From contig JANLPS010000223.1 of the NCBI GenBank assembly GCA_031367385.1, forward strand, positions 1-19,851: DNA of 19,851 bases, given 5' to 3'. Both the position numbers and the translations under genes were made by a program. Under the pieces are notes generated by a model that made no database searches, was not told the DNA's origin, and worked only from the letters and a program-made list of their open reading frames with translations. Origin of the DNA: Archangium sp. Its GTDB lineage: Bacteria > Myxococcota > Myxococcia > Myxococcales > Myxococcaceae. Shown piece by piece: positions 1 to 8,794 of the stretch. Numbering within the stretch: position 1 is the first letter of the stretch; every line of letters starts with the position of its first letter.

Positions 1-1
1 G

Positions 2-3000
2 GTCGAGGGCGAGGTGCGCTGGCAATGGGAGACGCCTGAAGGCCTCCAGAGCGACTCCAGCACTGTCATCGCCTTCCCCGACACTGACATGGGGGCGCAC
101 CGCGAGCAGGTCGTCTACGTCCAGAACGTCGGCAGCGCCCCGTTCACCATGGCCGAGCTGGCGAAGGTCAGCGGCTCAGCCATAACCCTGGGGTTGGCCA
201 CCGAGCCCAACGCCGCCTTCGAAGTGAAGTTCGACCCGGCCGTGGTGGTCGGGCCCAGCGAGCGCACCGGCATCACCGTCTACTTCAACGCCCCCATCAC
301 CCCCGACCCGGTGCAGGCCGATTACGCCACGACCGTCGAGCTGCGCCCACACGGCGCCCCGGCCGCGCTGATCTCCTTCAGCGGCCGCGCCCTCGCCCCG
401 GAGTGCCTCGTGCCCGAAGTCATCGACTTCGGCTCCATCCCCGTGCGCACATACGTCGACATGCGCGTCTCGCTGCGAAATACCGGCATGGCCCCGGTCA
501 CGGTCACCGCCGGAACCTTCACCGGAGTGCCTGAGCAGACCTTCTTCATGACCGGCCTCACCGAAGGCGGCTCGATGCAAGTCGCTCCTGGCGCCAGCCC
601 CGAGGCGCTGCTGACCTTCAGGCCCAACGAGGTGCGCGACTACGCCGGCGAGATCACCTTTCGCCGCTCGGCCGCTTGCCCCGTGCGCACCGCCAAGGTG
701 ATCGGCCGCGGCGTCAAGGCCTGCCTGACCTGGCGCGCGAGCCCTTCTGATGACCCGCTGGGCAGCGTGCTGAACTTCGGCAACGTCTTCCCCTCCGGGG
801 TGGGGCCGGGCACGGTGGTGTTCGAGAACAACTGCACCCTCGGCGTGCAGTTGGCGCAGCTGCACACCTCAGACGCGGTGTTTCTGATGACCAAGCCCAC
901 CGCGGGGACCTCGATTCTCGTGCCTGCCGCGACCCGCGACGTGACCACCGCGATGTTCGTCGCCAGCACCGAAGAGGTCGGCCTGGAGTTTCGTCCCTCC
1001 GCCCTGGGCGCCCGCTCAGGTCAGCTGCTGGCGATCACCTCGGCTGCGCGACAGCCAGAGCTCGCGGTCAACGTCCACGGGTATGGCGGTGGCCCACGCC
1101 TCGACGTGAAGCCGCCCGTGCTCGCGGTGGGCCGGCTGGGGTTCACCCCTGGCGCGTCACCGGGGGCGTATGCCGAGCGCACGATGATGCTGGGCAACGT
1201 CGGCACCCTGCCCGTGCCAGCCGACCCGCTGCAGAACTTGAGGCTGGGGGCCAAGGGCGCTGGCGCTCCCTATTTCACCGTTCGAGCGATCGGCGGCACC
1301 ACCGACGAGCTGTGTCTGGGCGCGTGGGACGAAGCGAGCGAGACCTGCTCGGGCACGCTGGCCTACGACCCGGCGACGGGCATCGAAGCGGGGCACTCGT
1401 TCGGCGTGCCGGCGCGGGTGACGCCGAAGAGCGCTGGGCTCAAAGACTGGGAGGTGACCATCACCTCGAATGACACGGTCACCCCGACGGTGACGATGCA
1501 CGTGACGGCCGAGGCGATCGCCGCTCCGCCGTGTGCGTACACGGTGATGCCCGCCGCGCTCGACTTCGGCACGCTCGAGCAGCCGGCCCAACGCGACCTC
1601 TCGTTCACGCTCACCAACGACGGCACCGCGCCGACCGACGTCTGCTACTTCAACGGCCTCTCGTTGAGCCCTGCGACCGCCGACGACTTCACCCTGGTCA
1701 CCGCGATGACCGACTTCGCCATCGACCCGGGCCACAACCAGGCCATCACCGTGCGCGCCAAGCCGCTGCGCACCCTGCCCACGCCGACCCAGGTCAGTGG
1801 AGCCGTTCAGTTCGCAGTGTCAAAGCCGGTGGTCTCGCAAGGCAGCGTGCCGCTCAGCGCGCTCATCGCCACCACCTGCATCACCTTCGCGCCCAACCCC
1901 GCCGACTTCCCCGACACCGAGCTCGAGTGCGGCGCGCCCGAGCGCTCGGTGGTGATGACGAACAACTGCAACCAGACGGTGACGGTCAAGAGCACGGTGC
2001 TCACCGATGCGGCGAAGGCCCCGGTCGGCTCGGGCTCGTGCGCCACCTCTGGAGGCTGCCCCCAATTCGCCCTCTCGGCCGCCCCTGCGCTCGGCCCGCT
2101 CGCCCCTGGGCAATCGCGAACGATGAAGCTCGGCTTTCAGCCCTTCGTGACCGGCCCCCTCACCGGCCAGGTCACCGTCACCGTGCAGCAAGGCACCACC
2201 ACCATCTCGTACGTCGCGCGCCTGACCGGTACCGGCATCACCCGAAGCAGTGTCGCCTGCGGCCTGACGGTGAGCTGCCCGCCGGCGATGACGGTCAACG
2301 CCAACACCTCGGTGAGCCTCAGCCCGATGGTGATGGGCCCGATCTCGACCGCCTGCCAATGGAGCGCGGGCGCCCGGCCGAGTACCTCGAGCGGCACCTT
2401 CTCAGCCCCGAGCAGCTGCACCAGCACGACCTACTTCGCCGACGTCGCGGGCACCCACGTGGTGAACCTGAGCGTGTCAGACGCAGCCGGCGACACGGCG
2501 ATGTGCAGCACCACCCTCACCGTGAAGCCCCGCGGAGACCTGTGGATCGAGCTGACCTGGGACAAAAACAACGACATGGATTTGCACTTCTTGCACCCCA
2601 ACGCCGGTGACGGCACGAGGGCCGCGAGCTGGGGCGTCTACCCGTGGGATTGTAACTGGACGAACCTGACCCCGGTGTGGAGCATGCTGCCGAGTGAGAA
2701 CCCGAGCCTCGACCGCGACGACACGACCTTCACGGGCCCCGAGAACACCCGCATCGATTCGCCGCCCCACGACCTGGTGTACACGATTGGCGCACATGCC
2801 TTTTCGATGCGCGCGATGGGCGGGGTGACCTCGACGGTGAAGGTCTATTGTGCGGGCAGCCTGGTGGCCACGCGCACCCGGGCGATGAGCGTGGTCAAAG
2901 ACATGTGGGTGGTCGGCACCGTCACCTTCAAGAGCGACACCTCGTGCGTCTTCAAGCCGATCGATACCGTGGTCTCCACGCTCAAGAACTTCGCGCCAAC

Positions 3001-3010
3001 CAGCAAGTGA
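2..3010 (+). CDS. Large surface protein, 5'-truncated: about 6 choice-of-anchor-D/ASH-type Ig-like repeats, a PKD-like domain and a C-terminal YfaP/DUF2135-like domain
   Basis: Frame is open from base 2 (VEGEVRW...), so the true start lies upstream of the window. Repeats begin with IAFPDT, IDFGSI, LNFGNV, LAVGRL, LDFGTL, ADFPDT, each followed by a 'vxN(xG)' strand. PKD-like 'FADVAGTHVVNLSVSDAAG'; C-terminal 'LWIELTWDKNNDMDLH...SLDRDD...GPEN'. Confidence 0.8.
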   Translation, partial: VEGEVRWQWETPEGLQSDSSTVIAFPDTDMGAHREQVVYVQNVGSAPFTMAELAKVSGSAITLGLATEPNAAFEVKFDPAVVVGPSERTGITVYFNAPITPDPVQADYATTVELRPHGAPAALISFSGRALAPECLVPEVIDFGSIPVRTYVDMRVSLRNTGMAPVTVTAGTFTGVPEQTFFMTGLTEGGSMQVAPGASPEALLTFRPNEVRDYAGEITFRRSAACPVRTAKVIGRGVKACLTWRASPSDDPLGSVLNFGNVFPSGVGPGTVVFENNCTLGVQLAQLHTSDAVFLMTKPTAGTSILVPAATRDVTTAMFVASTEEVGLEFRPSALGARSGQLLAITSAARQPELAVNVHGYGGGPRLDVKPPVLAVGRLGFTPGASPGAYAERTMMLGNVGTLPVPADPLQNLRLGAKGAGAPYFTVRAIGGTTDELCLGAWDEASETCSGTLAYDPATGIEAGHSFGVPARVTPKSAGLKDWEVTITSNDTVTPTVTMHVTAEAIAAPPCAYTVMPAALDFGTLEQPAQRDLSFTLTNDGTAPTDVCYFNGLSLSPATADDFTLVTAMTDFAIDPGHNQAITVRAKPLRTLPTPTQVSGAVQFAVSKPVVSQGSVPLSALIATTCITFAPNPADFPDTELECGAPERSVVMTNNCNQTVTVKSTVLTDAAKAPVGSGSCATSGGCPQFALSAAPALGPLAPGQSRTMKLGFQPFVTGPLTGQVTVTVQQGTTTISYVARLTGTGITRSSVACGLTVSCPPAMTVNANTSVSLSPMVMGPISTACQWSAGARPSTSSGTFSAPSSCTSTTYFADVAGTHVVNLSVSDAAGDTAMCSTTLTVKPRGDLWIELTWDKNNDMDLHFLHPNAGDGTRAASWGVYPWDCNWTNLTPVWSMLPSENPSLDRDDTTFTGPENTRIDSPPHDLVYTIGAHAFSMRAMGGVTSTVKVYCAGSLVATRTRAMSVVKDMWVVGTVTFKSDTSCVFKPIDTVVSTLKNFAPTSK

Positions 3011-3108
3011 ATGCAGGCCCGCGGCGAAACCCCACGTCCTGCACCATCAACCCCGCAGAATCACCCGCTCAAACAACTCCGGCCCGCTCTCAGCCGATAA
3101 GAATCACA

Positions 3109-5220
3109 GTGATTCGCCCGGCGCTCGTGAGCACGCTGATCAGCCTCTCGGCGCTCGCGTCGACGCCGCAGGTTCGGTTCGAGCCAGCCAGCCCCGACGT
3201 CGCGGTGCCCAACCGATGGCTGGTCGAGCTCCGCAGCAACATCGAGTCTCCCGACGACACGGCCAGTGCTCTCGTGGCCGGCAAAGGCCGAGTCGTCTCA
3301 ATCTACCGCCGGGCGCTCAAGGGCTTCGAAGCCGACCTCCCCGATGCGCTCGCCGAGTCACTCACGGCCAGCCCTCTCGTGCTTCGAGTCGTTCAAGATC
3401 GCCGCTTCCCGAACGCGCTGTCGACGCCGATCACCGAGTGCTCAGAGGGTGTCGCCCTCGCAGGCGCGACTCCCTCGTTGCCGGAGTCAATCACCTGCGC
3501 CGACCCCGAACCTTCGAACGCGAGCGCGGTCTGCACCGACAACTGGGGGCTCGATCGACTCGACGGCGTGAGCGTGGCGCGCGACGGCCGGTACAACCCG
3601 CCTCGCACCGGCCAGGGCGTGCACGTCTTCATGATCGACACCGGCTTCTACGCCGAGAGCCAAGAATTCACCGGCCGCGTGGGCGCCGGCTTCGACGCGA
3701 CCGGCACCGACGGCACCCACGACTGCGGCAGCTGGTCACACGGCACCCACACCGCCGGCATCGCGGCTGGCACCCGCTTCGGAGTCGCGAAAGGCGCCAC
3801 CATTCACCCAGTGCGCGTCGCGACCTGCCCCACGGCGATTCAGCTGTCATTTCTGGTCGCCGCCTTCGACTGGATCGCCCAGGCCCACGCCAGCAGCATC
3901 ACCGGCCCAGGGGTTGCGTCGATGAGCATCAACTCCACCGCGACCGACTTCTCTGACCCCACCTCGATGCTCAACCAAGCCATCGGCGGCATGATCTCGG
4001 CCGGAGTGCTGCTGGTCGAATCGGCCGGCAACGACGCGGGCGATGCCTGCGGCCACGTCTCGAAGGCCCCCGGCGTCTTGGTGGTCGGCGGGAGCGATGC
4101 CCTCGACGTACCGTGGAAACGCCACTCCGGAGACCCGGGGTACGACGCGTGGTGCACTGGCGGTGGCGATTGCGGCTCGAACACGGGCGCCTGCGTGTCG
4201 CTCTTCGCACCAGCGGCGCACATCGTGTCGTCTTGGTACGGGGCTTCGCCAGACCCTCGCAACATGTGCCGGCTCAGCGGTACGTCGATGGCGGCTCCGC
4301 ACGCAGCGGGCGCGGCCGCGCTCTACTTGCAAGCGCACCCCCTGGCGACCCCGGCGCAGGTGAAGGCGGCGTTGATCTCGCAGGCCACGCCAGTGTTGAC
4401 CTCCGTGCCCGCGGGCACGACCACGCGGCTGCTCAGTGTGCTCGACCCTTCTCCGCGTGGCGCGGCGAGCCCCTCGAGCCTGGCGTTCGGGCAAGTCACG
4501 GTCGATCAGACCTCGGCCGCTCAACAGGTGACGGTGTCGAGCACCGGCAGCGCGGCGCTGAACCTGGGCGCCTCGAATGCGTCAGGCGATTTCGCGGTCG
4601 CGAGCAACACCTGCGCGGGGCCGCTTCAGCCTGGCCAGAGCTGCACGCTCAGCCTCACCTTCAAGCCGACCACCACCGGTGCCCGGCAGGGGTTGCTGAC
4701 CATCGCAACCGATGACCCCGCGCACCCATCGCTCCAGGTGAGCCTGACCGGCGAGGGGCAGCTGGGAGCCGCGACCCTGACGGTGGTGGTCGATGGCCCC
4801 GGTGCGGTGACCAGTTCGCCGCCCGGCATCACGTGCCCGGGGTCGTGCAGCGCGTCGTTTGGGGCTGGAACGGGCGTGGTGCTCACGGCCTGGGCGATGC
4901 CGGGGGCGACCTTCGTTGGGTGGTTTGGCGCAGGGTGTGAGGGCGTCGCGACGTGCCCCGTCGTGCTCGCGGGCCCGGTCACGGCGACGGCGCGCTTCGA
5001 GCTGGCCCCACGTGGAGATGCGGGGGTGCGTGCTTTTGGTGACGCTGGGGTTCGGCCTGATGCCGGGCTGATGACAATGACGGCGCGCACCGACGGAGGC
5101 ACCGACGGAGGCACCGAGCTGCTCGCGGTCTCGGGCGGCTGCGGCTGCACCTCGATTGACGGCGCGAGCGTGCTCGTCGGGTTGCTCGTGCTGCTTCGCC
5201 GGCGACGAAGCGCATTGTAG
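3109..5220 (+). CDS. S8 subtilisin-family (proteinase K/aqualysin-like) serine protease with I9-type propeptide, choice-of-anchor-D domain, InlB-B-like repeat and MYXO-CTERM-like anchor
   Basis: Catalytic triad IDTG (D 3637), HGTHTAG (H 3739), GTSMAAPH (S 4285); oxyanion SAGN (N 4030); WGLDR motif. The GTG at 3109 gives a signal peptide (IRPALVSTLISLSALA) and avoids overlap with the upstream gene. C-terminus GGCGC-hydrophobic-RRRR. Confidence 0.92.
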   Translation: MIRPALVSTLISLSALASTPQVRFEPASPDVAVPNRWLVELRSNIESPDDTASALVAGKGRVVSIYRRALKGFEADLPDALAESLTASPLVLRVVQDRRFPNALSTPITECSEGVALAGATPSLPESITCADPEPSNASAVCTDNWGLDRLDGVSVARDGRYNPPRTGQGVHVFMIDTGFYAESQEFTGRVGAGFDATGTDGTHDCGSWSHGTHTAGIAAGTRFGVAKGATIHPVRVATCPTAIQLSFLVAAFDWIAQAHASSITGPGVASMSINSTATDFSDPTSMLNQAIGGMISAGVLLVESAGNDAGDACGHVSKAPGVLVVGGSDALDVPWKRHSGDPGYDAWCTGGGDCGSNTGACVSLFAPAAHIVSSWYGASPDPRNMCRLSGTSMAAPHAAGAAALYLQAHPLATPAQVKAALISQATPVLTSVPAGTTTRLLSVLDPSPRGAASPSSLAFGQVTVDQTSAAQQVTVSSTGSAALNLGASNASGDFAVASNTCAGPLQPGQSCTLSLTFKPTTTGARQGLLTIATDDPAHPSLQVSLTGEGQLGAATLTVVVDGPGAVTSSPPGITCPGSCSASFGAGTGVVLTAWAMPGATFVGWFGAGCEGVATCPVVLAGPVTATARFELAPRGDAGVRAFGDAGVRPDAGLMTMTARTDGGTDGGTELLAVSGGCGCTSIDGASVLVGLLVLLRRRRSAL

Positions 5221-5232
5221 GGTGCGCCGCCA

Positions 5233-5688
5233 ATGCGCGCGGTTCTGCAACGAGTTCGAGAGGCGTCGGTGCGTGTCGACGGCGCGATCGTCGGAGAGAT
5301 CGGCCCGGGCCTGCTGGTGTTTCTGGGCGTCGGCAAGCTCGACACCGAGAAAGACCTGGCCTTCATGGTCGACAAGATCTCCCAGCTGCGAATCTTCGAA
5401 GACGATCAGGGCAAGATGAACAAGTCACTGCTCGACACCTCAAAGCAGCTGTTGGCAATCAGCCAGTTCACGCTCTACGCCGACACGAAGAAGGGCCGGC
5501 GCCCCAGCTTCATCGACGCGATGGCGCCTGACGAAGCCAAGCGGTTGTACTCGCTGTTCTGCGTTCGCTGCCGCGAGCTGGGCCTGACCGTCGCGGAGGG
5601 CATCTTCGCCGCCGACATGAAGGTGTCTCTCGTCAACGACGGCCCGGTCACAATCGTGCTCGATTCGGCTGACGGGTATTGGGCCTAG
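5233..5688 (+). CDS. dtd: D-aminoacyl-tRNA deacylase
   Basis: MRAVLQRV start, LRIFED..GKMN, SQFTL, GRRPSF and NDGPVT signature motifs; typical length of 151 aa. Confidence 0.97.
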   Translation: MRAVLQRVREASVRVDGAIVGEIGPGLLVFLGVGKLDTEKDLAFMVDKISQLRIFEDDQGKMNKSLLDTSKQLLAISQFTLYADTKKGRRPSFIDAMAPDEAKRLYSLFCVRCRELGLTVAEGIFAADMKVSLVNDGPVTIVLDSADGYWA

Positions 5689-5710
5689 GAGCCCCCGCCC
5701 ACGGCTGCGG

Positions 5711-7009
5711 TTACGGGCTAAGCCTGAAGAGAAACGCGTCTTGGTCCCAGTCGTTGACGAGCACGACCGCGTCGAAGTCGGGGGCGTAGGCGAGGCGACC
5801 CCAACTCCCGGGGACCGAGCCGCGGCGCGGACCACCGCTGGCCGTGTGAGGGGTGCAAACGCCCGCCTCTGAATCGAAGGTGTAGAGCGTGTCGCCATCG
5901 TCCCACCCGATGACGATTTTTCGCTTCGAATCGTACGTCAGGCCCGGGCTCGTGGCGTTGATCAGAGCGCTGCAGCCCGTGAGCGACTTGGTTTGCACCG
6001 CGTAGGCGCTGCCGGGCGAGAGGTCGACGAAGGTGTACTGGCCCGCGCCAAACATGACCAGCCGGTGGCGGTCGACGTCGATGGTGCCGTATCGGCCCAG
6101 GCTCATGCTCGAGTTGGGGTTCAAGGTGGCCCAGCTCGAGGTGACATCGTCGTACGCCGAGAGCTCGTTCTGGGTTTGAAAATAGACTTTGTTCGTCGAC
6201 GGGTCGTACGCCGCGATGCCGCCCTCGGCGACTGAGGCCTTCGCGCCAGATGGAGCGCGATCTGTCCACCTGTAGGTTGAGGCCGGGTCGAAGGCCCACG
6301 TGACTTGAAAGAGCCCAGAGGGCCCGCAGGCGATGCTGCCGCTGTAGGCAAAGAGCCGGTCACGCTGGGTCATGAAGGCCAACTGGCCATAGGTGTGGCG
6401 CGAATTGGGTTGACCGTCTTGCAGCTTTTCGACGCACCCCATTTGTCGCGGGCTCGGGTCGTTGAGCCGCAGCATTCGACGCTGAACGAGATCTAACGCG
6501 TACATTTCATTGCCGTCGTAGTCGGTGTGCCCGCCGCCCCAGACGTAGAGGCGATTGCGGTTCGCGTCGAAGGCCCCACCTCCCCAGGCTCGAATGACGT
6601 ACTGGCAGTAGAACGAGAAGGCGTAGTCGCTCGTGTCGGGTGGGCAGACATCTTTGAGCTTGGTGTTGGGTATTTGAGACCAGCCGAGCGCCGGGAGCCC
6701 ACCGTCGAAGCGCTGAAAGCCGGCGTCGCTCGCGCCAGCGTCGGCGACTTGAACCATGCCGGCATCTCGGGCCCGCCCTCCATCGGCGGCTGAGGCGCCG
6801 GCATCGACTCGGCCATTACCCCCATCGGCAACCGGCGGCCCGGCATCTCGGCTCGCAATGCCCGAATCAACCGCCCCTGAATCGCGTGCTCCGACCCCGG
6901 CGTCGACCGATGCATCTTCGGTATCGATCGAGTCTGGTTCATTCGCCGGGCAGCCCGCCAACAAAACGAGAATCGCAGTCTGCCGGAGCCACATCTCGTT
7001 GAACCTCAT
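5711..7009 (-). CDS. Putative lipoprotein with DxG-rich linker and Kelch/galactose-oxidase-like beta-propeller domain
   Basis: ATG at 7009 (alternative 6994) preceded by GAGGTGAGGAGG; lipobox ILVLLAG-C; low-complexity DAG/DGG linker; repeated blades (AFDANRNRLYVWGG, AYDPSTNKVY, TYDSKRKIVIGW, AYAPDFDAVVLV). Confidence 0.75.
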   Translation of the reverse strand: MRFNEMWLRQTAILVLLAGCPANEPDSIDTEDASVDAGVGARDSGAVDSGIASRDAGPPVADGGNGRVDAGASAADGGRARDAGMVQVADAGASDAGFQRFDGGLPALGWSQIPNTKLKDVCPPDTSDYAFSFYCQYVIRAWGGGAFDANRNRLYVWGGGHTDYDGNEMYALDLVQRRMLRLNDPSPRQMGCVEKLQDGQPNSRHTYGQLAFMTQRDRLFAYSGSIACGPSGLFQVTWAFDPASTYRWTDRAPSGAKASVAEGGIAAYDPSTNKVYFQTQNELSAYDDVTSSWATLNPNSSMSLGRYGTIDVDRHRLVMFGAGQYTFVDLSPGSAYAVQTKSLTGCSALINATSPGLTYDSKRKIVIGWDDGDTLYTFDSEAGVCTPHTASGGPRRGSVPGSWGRLAYAPDFDAVVLVNDWDQDAFLFRLSP

Positions 7010-7130
7010 CCTCCTCACCTCGACCCCCAGCTGCCAACGGCGAGCACTTGCCCAAAGTTGAGGTTGGCACACGCACCGAACCAATACACATCGACCGACG
7101 AGAACAGCATGCCCCCGCCGAGGTTAGGCT

Positions 7131-7546
7131 TCAAGGCGTCGGGGCGACGGCGGCGAGGTCGTCAGCGGCCCGCCCGATCCGCTCCAAGATCTCGCCCACT
7201 TCTTCATCGGAGGTGTCGTGCTCAACGCCTGCGTACTCGCGCAGCTCAGCGGTGTACCCGGCGCGCCGGAGCTCGGCGATCGAGGCGCGCGCCCCGCGCG
7301 TCGGCACCGCTAGGTCGGAGGCGCCGTGAAAGGCCGCGACAGACGGAAGCGTGGCCGGGCGCGGCCCTGAGCCGAGCGCCGCCGATGGGTAGAGCGACGG
7401 CGGGAGCACGCCGCTGATGGGGAAGACGGCCGCCAGCGCCTCAGGATGCGTGACCGCCAGGGCGAACGTCATGATGCCGCCTTGCGAGAAGCCGGTGACG
7501 AGGCCCATGGAGAGCAGCAGACCAAGGGGAGGCGCGCCGCGTTCAC
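7131..7546 (-). pseudogene. Phospholipase/carboxylesterase (alpha/beta hydrolase) remnant lacking the N-terminal half of the fold
   Basis: GFSQGG nucleophile elbow only 5 codons after ATG 7508, then FHGASD and GVEH. In-frame TGA at 7559-7557 blocks extension. An RBS (GAAGGAG 7558-7552) plus GTG 7546 lies one base out of frame. Confidence 0.75.
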
Positions 7547-7559
7547 GTCGACTCCTTCA

Positions 7560-7748
7560 CCGTTCGTCCCTGCACTGAGATTGCCTTTCGCTTCTGCGAG
7601 ATCGCTCGTCCCCGCTGAGGGGTCGTTCGTCCCCGCGCTGAGATCGGTCGTCCCCTCTCTGAGATCGTTCGTCCCCGCGCTGAGATCGTTCGTCCCCGCG
7701 CTGGGCGCGCTCGTCCCCACTCTGGGGTCGCTTGTCCCCACGCTCGTT
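7560..7748. repeat. Nine degenerate 21-bp tandem repeats, consensus TCGTTCGTCCCCGCGCTGAGA
   Basis: Units start at 7560, 7581, 7602, 7623, 7644, 7665, 7686, 7707, 7728. Exact consensus copies at 7623 and 7665; the unit at 7581 is highly divergent; no spacers. Confidence 0.92.
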
Positions 7749-7778
7749 CCGATTTCAGGTGGGCCCCCCACGTCGACC

Positions 7779-7860
7779 AACCCGATCGATTGCATCAAAA
7801 ACCCGATTATTCTTTTCGATCGAATTCGTAAATCCCGATAAATATTTTTTGAAGCTCATG
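7779..7860 (+). promoter_or_regulatory. AT-rich putative promoter/operator region for the 7915 gene
   Basis: Most AT-rich stretch seen in the window. CCCGAT at 7781, 7802 and 7834; inverted TCAAAAA (7795-7801)/TTTTTGA (7846-7852). No clean -35/-10 pair identified. Confidence 0.45.
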
Positions 7861-7914
7861 CGTGTGAAGCGACCGGGCCGGCAGAACAAACCCGTTGTCG
7901 AGGAGCACCACACC

Positions 7915-8772
7915 ATGAAGACCAAGACCCAGACGAAGCGTCATCAGAAGGCCTCCAAGAAACCCTTCAAGCACGCCAAGAAGCTCAAGAAGCAAGCAGT
8001 CGAATCGTGCATTCAAGTCGACGGGGCCACAACCGCAGAGTCGACTGCCCTCGCCCGAGCAGCAGCGCTCGGCGATTCATTCACCCGCGTCACGTACCCC
8101 ACGGCTGACTTGATCGCCGAGGCCAAAGAGCTGTGCACCGCTCGCGATGACGTGCCCGATCTCGCGTCTCGCGGCTACCCCGTCACTTCGGAGCACTTCG
8201 ATCGAATCGACGCCTACGCGCGGTTGATTTCACGAATCGAGGTACAGCAAATGCTCATGCTCGAGACGCAAGTTCACGAGACTGCCGAGGCCGAAGCAAA
8301 GCGTGACCGGCTCTTGACCATTCGAGAACGTTTGGAACGAATCGTCGAGGCTGCTGGCATCAGAGCCGTCCCCAATGACTTCACCAACCTCGATGCGCTC
8401 CAGAAGTCGATGAACAATTTCGCGAACTTCATACGCGAGAAGTTCGCACTGCTCTCAGACACAGCGACCGTTACCGCCTTGCTCGCTGAGGTCGAGGTGG
8501 TCTCTGAGAGTGCCGTTCAGGCGCGCATGGCCAGTAAGCAACTCGCGAATCAGCGAACTCTGCGTACCAAGGCCATCGATCAGCTCAAGCGCTTGCTCTT
8601 CGATGAATTGCGCCACGTCTCGAAGCAAGGCCTTGCCGCCTACCCAGACGATGTCATGCGCGACATGGCCTACCGCCTCGAGCGCCTCGGCAGCAAAGAC
8701 AAGCGCGCGAAGAAGACGCCCGAGGTACCCGTCACTCCAGACGAGCTCAAGTCACCTGACGTCGCGGCGTAA
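7915..8772 (+). CDS. Hypothetical all-alpha-helical protein (285 aa) with Lys-rich N-terminus
   Basis: GAGGAG at 7900-7905 then ATG 7915; long open frame in lower-GC DNA; followed directly by a terminator; amphipathic helical pattern throughout. Confidence 0.85.
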   Translation: MKTKTQTKRHQKASKKPFKHAKKLKKQAVESCIQVDGATTAESTALARAAALGDSFTRVTYPTADLIAEAKELCTARDDVPDLASRGYPVTSEHFDRIDAYARLISRIEVQQMLMLETQVHETAEAEAKRDRLLTIRERLERIVEAAGIRAVPNDFTNLDALQKSMNNFANFIREKFALLSDTATVTALLAEVEVVSESAVQARMASKQLANQRTLRTKAIDQLKRLLFDELRHVSKQGLAAYPDDVMRDMAYRLERLGSKDKRAKKTPEVPVTPDELKSPDVAA

Positions 8773-8794
8773 ATGCTGAAAAGTGAGCTGCACG

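Noticed and set aside
2848..3108. N-terminal extension of the protease ORF in the track
   Set aside because: It overlaps the upstream gene, is not protein-like, and would bury the signal peptide beginning at 3109.
7560..7748. CRISPR array interpretation of the 21-bp repeats
   Set aside because: Units are contiguous with no unique spacers, and no cas genes occur in the window.
7732..7914. Longer 346-aa start for the orphan gene
   Set aside because: It runs through the repeat end and AT-rich region; the clear RBS supports ATG 7915.
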